Shown here: positions 1-6,570 of the stretch, in pieces | How the letters are laid out: every line of letters starts with the position of its first letter | How positions within the stretch are numbered: the first letter of the stretch is position 1 | IMG/VR virus record: IMGVR_UViG_3300025635_000117 | Coordinates: 1-30,213 of that record | DNA from: a virus | Lineage: Duplodnaviria; Caudoviricetes | Length of the DNA stretch: 30,213 nucleotides | Direction: 5' to 3' (one strand) | The notes under the pieces: model-generated | What the model was told of the DNA's origin: nothing | What the model saw: the letters and a program-made list of their open reading frames with translations, nothing else | Database searches by the model: none | Program-made: the position numbers and the translations under genes

Positions 1-189
1 ACACTAATCGCAGCGATGCGGATATTGTCTCAGGATATTCAATCCGAGGACGGCGCCGCTAACTCAGCAATCGCTGAAGCAGGGGAGCGATTAGCGGAGC
101 AGCATATGCGCATCACCCAACTAGAGCAGGAGAACGACGCTCTCCGCGCTGATCTGCTGCTGTGGGAAGAGAAGGAGGTGAAGCTGTGA
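1..189 (+). CDS. Small phage hypothetical protein, 5' truncated, coiled-coil C-terminus
   Basis: Frame 1 is open from base 1 (TLIAAMRILSQDIQSEDG...LEQENDALRADLLLWEEKEVKL*) to TGA 187-189, which overlaps the next GTG start (GTGA). Not in the ORF track. Confidence 0.75.
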   Translation, partial: TLIAAMRILSQDIQSEDGAANSAIAEAGERLAEQHMRITQLEQENDALRADLLLWEEKEVKL

Positions 190-425
190 AGTATCGCAAA
201 AAGCCAGTCATCATCGAAGCAACGCAGTGGTTCAAGCATGGCGATCATCCAATGGTGCAGCCCAACTCACTTGATCCAATGAGTGGATGGATTCAAACGC
301 TTGAGGGTGGACACATCGTTTCATCAGGCGACTACATTATCACAGGAGTCAAAGGCGAACACTACCCGTGCAAGCCTGACATATTCATGACCACATACGA
401 CATGGTGGAGGAGGTGAAGTCGTGA
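186..425 (+). CDS. Conserved small phage protein (KYRKKPV...TLEG...GDYII...YPCKPDIF type, PGDYG-like)
   Basis: Carries the KYRKKPVIIEA, IQTLEG and GDYIITGVKGEHYPCKPDIF motifs of a widespread phage family. Start placed at GTG 186, after AGGAGG and overlapping the upstream stop. Confidence 0.85.
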   Translation: MKYRKKPVIIEATQWFKHGDHPMVQPNSLDPMSGWIQTLEGGHIVSSGDYIITGVKGEHYPCKPDIFMTTYDMVEEVKS

Positions 426-739
426 GCCAAATCAACGACACTCGTATGCTTGAGATGATGCGCGGAACACCACCGCCAACGTGGGAGCAGACCTGCTTGG
501 ATCTGGACAAGAAACTGGCCGACTCACGCCAGCACGTCACCCAACTCGAAAACCGTCTCCGCGCTCTGTGGGACAAGCTAGAGTACGAGCGGAAGCATTA
601 CATGGAGCAGATCAATCGAACTGAGTCATTCATCAACCGATTCCTAGATCCTGAGGATCTGGGCTACGTCGTAAACAACTACGTCCGCGACGATGCGCGT
701 GAGGCTCTTGGGCGTGAACGAGTGGAGTCAAAGCGATGA
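422..739 (+). CDS. Hypothetical coiled-coil phage protein
   Basis: 105 aa ORF with a GGAGG RBS, GTGA overlap upstream and ATGA overlap downstream. Confidence 0.75.
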   Translation: MSQINDTRMLEMMRGTPPPTWEQTCLDLDKKLADSRQHVTQLENRLRALWDKLEYERKHYMEQINRTESFINRFLDPEDLGYVVNNYVRDDAREALGRERVESKR

Positions 740-1056
740 AGAAACCCACCTCCAAAACCCCGCGCACAGACCGGCAGGCGGTTGTCACAGTGGCTTTCCA
801 GCAGTTCGTGAAGATCGGATTCGCTCGTCAGTTGGAGAGGCAACTGGCTGCTGCGAACAAGCGGGTCAAGGAGCTGGAGGAAGACGTCAAAGCCTACAAG
901 GTCAGGGTCATCGAGGACGGCGAGTACATCTACACGCTGGGAACTAGATCAGACAACTATCGCGCCGAGCTGCTCAAGGCCCGTGAGCGGATCAAGAAGC
1001 TGGAAGCCAAGGAGGACGAACTGAACGACCTCAAGAAATGGTTGGAGGGAAGGTAA
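736..1056 (+). CDS. Hypothetical coiled-coil phage protein (TPRTD...FARQLER type)
   Basis: 106 aa, ATGA-coupled, with a heptad-rich charged region (RQLERQLAAANKRVKELEE). Confidence 0.75.
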   Translation: MKKPTSKTPRTDRQAVVTVAFQQFVKIGFARQLERQLAAANKRVKELEEDVKAYKVRVIEDGEYIYTLGTRSDNYRAELLKARERIKKLEAKEDELNDLKKWLEGR

Positions 1057-1059
1057 ATT

Positions 1060-1242
1060 ATGAAAAAAGAAAAAATGACGCGAGTCGTCACCATCGACAC
1101 GCAGCTCCATGACGACCTCAAGGAGTTCTGCAACCGCAACGGACTGAAGATCCAATTTGTCGCTCGGGAGGCGCTAAGGAAGTACATGGAAACTCAACAT
1201 ACGACGCAACCGTTGACTCCCTGCGCCGCTACCGCCCAGTAG
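1060..1242 (+). CDS. Ribbon-helix-helix (CopG/Arc-like) DNA-binding protein
   Basis: TRVVTIDTQLHDDLKEFCNRNGLKIQFVAREALRKYM fits the beta-strand, helix, G-turn, helix RHH pattern. Confidence 0.7.
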   Translation: MKKEKMTRVVTIDTQLHDDLKEFCNRNGLKIQFVAREALRKYMETQHTTQPLTPCAATAQ

Positions 1243-1303
1243 CGATTCGTGCCGTGTGGTACGGACAAACCCCTCCGGCTGCTATGAAGCAGTAGTCGGA
1301 GGG
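1227..1303 (+). other. Three consecutive stem-loops (structured RNA, terminator/attenuator or ssDNA signal)
   Basis: CGCTAC/GTAGCG (1227-1244); TTCGTGCC/GGTACGGA (1246-1265, with G-U pairs); CCCTCCGGCTGCT/AGTAGTCGGAGGG (1271-1303, 13 bp with 2 G-U pairs). Confidence 0.6.
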
Positions 1304-1319
1304 CCAAATTTACAAAACT

Positions 1320-2399
1320 ATGAATCTGAGAGAATACCAACAGAAAGCAGTAGAGTGGGCCAAAACTAGAGATGGCCTGATCATATCACCCGCAGGCAGT
1401 GGCAAGACATGGATTGCCGCGTCGATCATCAAGCATTTTCACAAGAACGGGGCTGTCTTGCGATTCGGTTGGCTTGCTCCAACCCGCGAGACATGTCAGC
1501 AAGCGCGCACTTCACTCCGTGTCGCTGGCGTTCCTGACGAGATTGTGGATATCCGTTGTCCGCATGAGTCAGTGGACTTCAGCAAGAAGGACATGCTGAT
1601 CGTTGACGAAGCCAAGCACAGTCCTGCTGCCGGATGGCGTCGAATCATCGAGTCCTGTAACGGACCGCGTTATGGTTTCGATGCGACTCCCTGGTGCGAC
1701 GATGAGGAACGCAATGCCGTAACTCGAACGCTCTTCTTCAACCGCACCTACGAAATCAAGCGCAGCGACATCGGAGATTCATTGGCCGACGCTTACCTCG
1801 AAATCAGCGATGCCACCGACCTCAACATCCAGCAGAAGATCGATGACAACATCGACCGGCTCTTCAACGCGCGGCGTCGGTACATGCGGATAAGCGACGA
1901 CGAATTAAAACGCATGTGCGCGTGGGAATCACTTGTGGACATAGGAATTTGCGGGAACCGCGAGCGCAATCGGTACGCTATGAATTACGCGCTGGAACAC
2001 CTCGACATGCAGACTCTGATCCTCATACCGCGCATCACGCTTGGCGAGGAGTACGAGAGCTGGATTCCGAATTCTCGGCTCGTTCATTCCAAGATTGGGA
2101 AGAAGGATCGGCGCGCTTACATGGAAGAATTCAAGGCTGGCAACCTGCGGACCATGATTGCCACCTCTCTGGCCGACGAAGGACTTGATCTTCCGAATGT
2201 CGAGCTGCTCATCATGGTGAGCGGCGGTAGGTCGTCGCAGAAGACGATTCAGAGGGCGAGCCGTGCATTGCGAAAAACAGAAACTAAAAACTGTGCGACA
2301 ATCGTAGACTTCTCTGACAAGTTCCACCCCATCGGAGCGTTTCACGCGAAAAAGCGAATGAAATGCTACCGAGAACTAGGTTGCGTCTTCATCCAATGA
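1320..2399 (+). CDS. Superfamily 2 DNA helicase (ResIII/UvsW-like)
   Basis: Q motif LREYQ, Walker A SPAGSGKT, motif II IVDEAKH, motif III GFDATP, motif V LADEGLDLP, motif VI QRASRALR. Confidence 0.92.
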   Translation: MNLREYQQKAVEWAKTRDGLIISPAGSGKTWIAASIIKHFHKNGAVLRFGWLAPTRETCQQARTSLRVAGVPDEIVDIRCPHESVDFSKKDMLIVDEAKHSPAAGWRRIIESCNGPRYGFDATPWCDDEERNAVTRTLFFNRTYEIKRSDIGDSLADAYLEISDATDLNIQQKIDDNIDRLFNARRRYMRISDDELKRMCAWESLVDIGICGNRERNRYAMNYALEHLDMQTLILIPRITLGEEYESWIPNSRLVHSKIGKKDRRAYMEEFKAGNLRTMIATSLADEGLDLPNVELLIMVSGGRSSQKTIQRASRALRKTETKNCATIVDFSDKFHPIGAFHAKKRMKCYRELGCVFIQ

Positions 2400-2740
2400 C
2401 AAACGAATCATCGCCAACACCCACTGAGAACACGGTACTTTTGATCGGAGAATTTCGAACGGTCAGCCGCAAGACAGAGACGAAGACCGGAGCATTGATG
2501 GTCCGTCGCGTCATCTCAATCGCTCGCCACTGGACAGACGCCGACGGTCGTTTCCGCGAGGAGTACGATGAGTTTGAAGTATCATCCTGGGGACAGGTTG
2601 CTGAGAAGATCCTGTCGATTGAGAGCGGCGCGCTGGTGCGAGTTAAGGGTCGTGTGAAAGTTGAGCGGTGGAGTGAAGGTGCTGAAACCAAGAGCGCCGT
2701 GCGTATCGCGGCGGAAAATGTAACGCTTCTGTGCTATTAA
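2396..2740 (+). CDS. ssb: Single-stranded DNA-binding protein (OB fold, no acidic tail)
   Basis: NTVLLIG...FEVSSWGQVAE...GALVRVKGRVKVERW...IAAENV is the SSB pattern. ATG 2396 overlaps the helicase TGA. Confidence 0.85.
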   Translation: MTNESSPTPTENTVLLIGEFRTVSRKTETKTGALMVRRVISIARHWTDADGRFREEYDEFEVSSWGQVAEKILSIESGALVRVKGRVKVERWSEGAETKSAVRIAAENVTLLCY

Positions 2741-2742
2741 CT

Positions 2743-3204
2743 ATGAAATCAAATCAAACAATTATCGCCGTAGATCCTGGTGTTGGAGGCGGTTTCGCGG
2801 TGAAAACGGCTGATGGAATCCTGCTGTTTCCGATGCCGGAATCATTGCCAGACATGGCGCAGCTACTCAGCGGATTCAAATTGGCAGACAGCCACCTGTG
2901 GGTTGAGAAGGTTCCAAAGTTCGTGTCCAAGCTGACTCCTGCTGCAAGCGTTGCCACGCTCCACGAGAACTACGGCATCATTCAAGGATTGGCCTACGCT
3001 CAAGGCTATGCGCTTCACCGCGTAGAGCCGAAAGTCTGGCAAGATCCGCTTGGTCTTGGAGGACGTAAAGCGTGTGCCACTGGCCCTGAGTGGAAGCGTA
3101 AGCTACGCGCCAAAGCTCAAGAACTGTATCCGCATCTGGATGTCAGTCTTAAGAACTGCGACGCCCTGCTGATTCTTCACTACGCCATCGGAGGTGGACG
3201 GTGA
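2743..3204 (+). CDS. RuvC-like Holliday junction resolvase
   Basis: IAVDPG (catalytic D), WVEKV (E), VEPKVWQ and DALLI (D) form the RNase H-fold RuvC pattern. Confidence 0.85.
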   Translation: MKSNQTIIAVDPGVGGGFAVKTADGILLFPMPESLPDMAQLLSGFKLADSHLWVEKVPKFVSKLTPAASVATLHENYGIIQGLAYAQGYALHRVEPKVWQDPLGLGGRKACATGPEWKRKLRAKAQELYPHLDVSLKNCDALLILHYAIGGGR

Positions 3205-3323
3205 TTCACAAGATGCATCGCCCTCCGTCACCGGAGGAAATCAAGCAGCTCCTCATCGCCGCTTTCGCCGCTGGCGTTGTCATCACAAGCGCGTACTTCA
3301 TGCTCTTCGTCGTAAAACCATGA
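3201..3323 (+). CDS. Small single-TM membrane peptide, 40 aa
   Basis: Hand translation: MIHKMHRPPSPEEIKQLLIAAFAAGVVITSAYFMLFVVKP*. GTGA and ATGA overlaps at both ends fill the gap exactly. Below the ORF-track cutoff. Confidence 0.7.
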   Translation: MIHKMHRPPSPEEIKQLLIAAFAAGVVITSAYFMLFVVKP

Positions 3324-3532
3324 ACGCGCAAACCGAAGCCGACCTCCGCGAGGAGCTGGCCGAGTACAAATGGATTTCCAAGGAATTAGCAAAATCTCTT
3401 GGATGCGGATGCACGGTTGGTGGAGAGTTTCTCGACCTGTGCATCAACTGCAAAGAAACACAACAAGCATACAAAACCATACAGAAAACCTATGAACCTG
3501 AACAGCTCACACAGAATTGTCCGAGTCGCTGA
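3320..3532 (+). CDS. Hypothetical protein with CxC...CxxC motif
   Basis: Start re-called at ATG 3320 (ATGA overlap). MNAQTEADLREE...GCGC...LCINCKE. Confidence 0.65.
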   Translation: MNAQTEADLREELAEYKWISKELAKSLGCGCTVGGEFLDLCINCKETQQAYKTIQKTYEPEQLTQNCPSR

Positions 3533-3701
3533 TGCCGACGAATCGACGCCCAAGATCGACTTCGCCTACATCGACCGTAAGTACAAGGAATGGCTTATTC
3601 GCCGTGGATTCGCCGCAGAATCCGATAGCGGTGAACTTGGAATGCGTCGTTCCAAACTGCGGGGTGTCGCTAAACGAACCGCTTTCCATGACAACGACTG
3701 A
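3492..3701 (+). CDS. Hypothetical protein
   Basis: ATG 3492 after an A-rich leader (AAAACCT-ATG); tiles with its neighbours. Confidence 0.6.
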   Translation: MNLNSSHRIVRVADADESTPKIDFAYIDRKYKEWLIRRGFAAESDSGELGMRRSKLRGVAKRTAFHDND

Positions 3702-3894
3702 AATATCCCGAGAACAGCTCTTGAAGGAAGCTCCGAGACTCGTCGAGTATGCTATCCTGCGGGGTTGGATGAGTAGGCCAAAGAAGATCAAGTCACTCGA
3801 TGCTCCCTCCTGGCACTCAAACGACTCCGGTCAGGTCCAGACGCTTACAGACGATGAAATACAAAAACTCAGGAAATCCGTCGGTATCGGTTGA
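3688..3894 (+). CDS. Hypothetical protein
   Basis: ATG 3688 (MTTTEISREQLL...); tiles with its neighbours. Confidence 0.6.
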   Translation: MTTTEISREQLLKEAPRLVEYAILRGWMSRPKKIKSLDAPSWHSNDSGQVQTLTDDEIQKLRKSVGIG

Positions 3895-4042
3895 AGTCAT
3901 ATCCGACGACGTAGAGATACGGATCGGAGAAACGAAGTGGGCAGGCGTGGCCTACATGCGAGAGGGCAAGCCAAAGGTGTACGTTCGAACGAAAGCTGAA
4001 TTCAAAGCCAAGTTCACACCCGTATCCGGTGATAAGCCCTGA
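3854..4042 (+). CDS. Small SH3-like phage protein (DUF1653-like)
   Basis: MKYKN...VEVI...VAY...VYVRTKAEFKAKF resembles the Y..(W/Y)VR...F...F pattern of DUF1653 proteins. Confidence 0.55.
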   Translation: MKYKNSGNPSVSVEVISDDVEIRIGETKWAGVAYMREGKPKVYVRTKAEFKAKFTPVSGDKP

Positions 4043-4250
4043 CCATTACATCGCCGCACAAGAGCAGCTCTTTGGGAAGTTTCAGAATCGCTCCATCAAG
4101 ATCCAGCACTGGAGCAAGTACCTGATAACACCCAAAGAGCTGGCTCTCCTTTTCAGAAAGTTAGAGGAACACAAGTCGGTCATTCGCCAGATTGCCACGA
4201 CAGACATTGGCAAGAGCGGCGACATAGCGCGTAAACACCTTGGAATCTGA
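4029..4250 (+). CDS. Hypothetical protein
   Basis: 73 aa ORF filling the gap and ending 2 nt before the primase start. Confidence 0.6.
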   Translation: MISPDHYIAAQEQLFGKFQNRSIKIQHWSKYLITPKELALLFRKLEEHKSVIRQIATTDIGKSGDIARKHLGI

Positions 4251-4252
4251 GT

Positions 4253-6091
4253 ATGAATCAATCGAAATTCGACCGTGCGAGAGCATGGGTCAAAGCCACG
4301 CCAGGAGCCATCGCAGGTCAGAACGGACACGGGGCGACATTCGCTGTTGCCACCGCTCTCATCCACGGATTTGAGCTGACCAGAACGGAAGCTGAGACGC
4401 TTCTGTGCGAGTACAACTCGAAATGCTCGCCACCGTGGAAACCGAATGAACTGGCCCACAAGCTGAATCAGGCGCAGATAGTCTCGCACGACAATCCGCG
4501 TGGATGGCTTCTAGAGTCACACTCAAGCATCGGTCAGGGCGGCACACCAATATCGCCCACCGGCAAGTTCGTGGTGCGAAAGATCCAAGCAATTCCGCAA
4601 TCAGACTTCCGATTTTCAACCATAGATTTCTTAAAAGCCTGCTTCGAACCTGACGAAGTTGTCTGCATCTGCAACGACATCGTGAGCGACGAGGAGGGCA
4701 GGAGTAGGCCAGCGTCCAAGGGTACATTTCTCAAGCGCGAGGAGTGGATTCAGAATCACTTCACACCGCCAATTAGTTCCATGTGGAACGGTCCTGACAG
4801 CCGTGGCGCTTACGTCCGCATCAACCCGTGTCTCGACGAGAGCGGCTCAGATTCTGGTGTATCCGCCTATCGCCATGTCCTCATTGAGATGGATGAGAAG
4901 TCGAAGGACGAACAATGGACAGCATTGAAGGAGTCGAAGCTGCCGCTATCGGTCGTCATCGATTCAGGCGGCAAGAGTCTGCACGGATGGGTGCGTGTGG
5001 ATGCGGCGAACAAGGAAGAATGGGCAGAGCGCCGTGATGTCGTTTACCGGCATCTAGAGAGCATCGGCATCGATCCGAAGAACAAGAACGCGAGCAGGTT
5101 CTCCCGTCTTGCCGGTGTCATGCGCGATGGCAATGAGCAGAAGCTCTTGGCCATCAATGTCGGTTCGGTGAACTGGGAGGCGTTCACGGATTACCTTGAG
5201 TCGCAGGATCTGCCGGTGGAATTCACGCTCGATAGCATCATCGAGTACGATCCGAAGAACGATCCTGACAATCTGATCGGCGACAGATGGATTCGACGCG
5301 GTTCATCGCTTCTCTTCGTAGGCCAAAGTGGTTGCGGAAAAAGCTCGATGGCGGCGTATCAGGGTCTGAAATGGGCGTCTGGTGAAGCTTGGTTCGGTGT
5401 TAAACCGGTCCGTTCGCTAAAAGTGGTTTACATTCAGGCGGAGAACGACATCGCCGATCAGCATGACGCGCTCAAGGGGGCTGCCCAGATGACGTTCGGG
5501 AAAGAGAACTGGGAGCGAGGATTGCGGAATGCGAACATGCTCTTCTTCCGCGAAACGGTGAGAACGGGTGCTGACTTTGCCGTGATGCTGCGCCGCTTAG
5601 TCAGGAAGACAAAGGCCGATCTGGTTTACATCGATCCGCTGCTCTCCTACATGGGCGGCAATCCATCGGACATCGAGGTATGCGCGAACTTCACGCGACA
5701 CCTGCTCCAGCCGATTATGATGGAGACAGGCGTTGTCCTGGTACTCGTCCATCACTTCCCAAAGCCGAAGGGTAAGGACGACAAGCCTGAGAGCGTGGCA
5801 GATTTGGCCTACTCAGGATTCGGATCGTCGGACCTGACGAACTGGGCGAGAGAAGTAATCGTGATGAAAGAGGTGGGATTCAACAATCCGCGCCGCTTCA
5901 TGCTCGGCATGGCCAAACGGGCTGACCGTTCCGGCATGACGGATAAAGACGGAAAAGTCACCGGATCGATTATGATCCAGCGTGGATCGAACGGCGACAT
6001 CTCATGGAACTACGCTGATCCTGAGAAGTTCGTCGTTGATAAGGAGTCGGCTAAAAAGCCGTACTCCAAAGCGCGATATCCTAAGCGTTAG
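4253..6091 (+). CDS. Bifunctional primase-helicase (PriCT-like + AEP/RepB-like primase + AAA_25/RepA-like helicase)
   Basis: N-terminal helical domain ending YNSKCSPPWKPNEL. Primase motifs VLIEMD, DSGGKSLHGW and SRFSRLAG. Helicase Walker A GQSGCGKS, YIQAEN, Walker B VYIDPL and LVHH. Confidence 0.9.
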   Translation: MNQSKFDRARAWVKATPGAIAGQNGHGATFAVATALIHGFELTRTEAETLLCEYNSKCSPPWKPNELAHKLNQAQIVSHDNPRGWLLESHSSIGQGGTPISPTGKFVVRKIQAIPQSDFRFSTIDFLKACFEPDEVVCICNDIVSDEEGRSRPASKGTFLKREEWIQNHFTPPISSMWNGPDSRGAYVRINPCLDESGSDSGVSAYRHVLIEMDEKSKDEQWTALKESKLPLSVVIDSGGKSLHGWVRVDAANKEEWAERRDVVYRHLESIGIDPKNKNASRFSRLAGVMRDGNEQKLLAINVGSVNWEAFTDYLESQDLPVEFTLDSIIEYDPKNDPDNLIGDRWIRRGSSLLFVGQSGCGKSSMAAYQGLKWASGEAWFGVKPVRSLKVVYIQAENDIADQHDALKGAAQMTFGKENWERGLRNANMLFFRETVRTGADFAVMLRRLVRKTKADLVYIDPLLSYMGGNPSDIEVCANFTRHLLQPIMMETGVVLVLVHHFPKPKGKDDKPESVADLAYSGFGSSDLTNWAREVIVMKEVGFNNPRRFMLGMAKRADRSGMTDKDGKVTGSIMIQRGSNGDISWNYADPEKFVVDKESAKKPYSKARYPKR

Positions 6092-6269
6092 CCTTCTCAC
6101 GCATGGCGCGGCGACGGCCTTTCGCGGCAAGCGATTGGAACTTCGCCTTGCCGAGCTTCTTGCGGCCAATGTAAGCCGCTAGAGCGCCAGGATCTTTCAC
6201 ACCTTTCTTCTCAAGCTCGCCAACGAGCTTCTCGTAACGTCCGCCACCACCAAGTCGCATCTTGTCCAT
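6081..6269 (-). CDS. Small basic hypothetical protein, possibly a virion or nucleic-acid binder
   Basis: 62 aa K/R/G-rich (DPGALAAYIGRKKLGKAKFQSLAAKGRRR), A/T-rich leader, last gene of the minus operon. Confidence 0.7.
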   Translation of the reverse strand: MDKMRLGGGGRYEKLVGELEKKGVKDPGALAAYIGRKKLGKAKFQSLAAKGRRRAMREKANA

Positions 6270-6300
6270 AAAATGTAGAGTTATGTTTTACCGACGAAAT

Positions 6301-6570
6301 TCACCACGCTTTGCACGACCAATACTTAGGCGTCGTCTTGTCCTTCGCACTGGCGCAGTTATGCCGCGCGCGGAAGTTCTTACGACGCTCAGGATTGTCG
6401 CGTTTGATTTCCATGTTCGGATCGCCGAACCGGACGATGACAACCTTGCCAGCCGGATTCTTGACGTACACCGCGCTCTTCTTCCTCTCGCCCGGAGTGT
6501 AGAATGGCTTGTTGAGCGTCACCTTCTTTCCGTGGTAAGTATTACCCTTTTTTGAGAGGGAGGTTTTCAT
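6301..6570 (-). CDS. Conserved small basic phage protein (FGDPNM...RRKNFRARHNC...YWSC..W family)
   Basis: Motif is familiar from aquatic phage proteins of unknown function. ATGA-coupled to the upstream gene. Confidence 0.8.
   Translation of the reverse strand: MKTSLSKKGNTYHGKKVTLNKPFYTPGERKKSAVYVKNPAGKVVIVRFGDPNMEIKRDNPERRKNFRARHNCASAKDKTTPKYWSCKAW

Noticed and set aside
1227-1303. tRNA or CRISPR interpretation of the hairpin cluster
   Set aside because: There is no closing acceptor stem or TTC T-loop, and no spaced direct repeats here or elsewhere that I could see.
2743-3204. RuvC domain as TnpB/Cas12 or transposase
   Set aside because: Only about 153 aa, with no Zn finger, repeats or element ends. 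It sits in a normal phage replication context.
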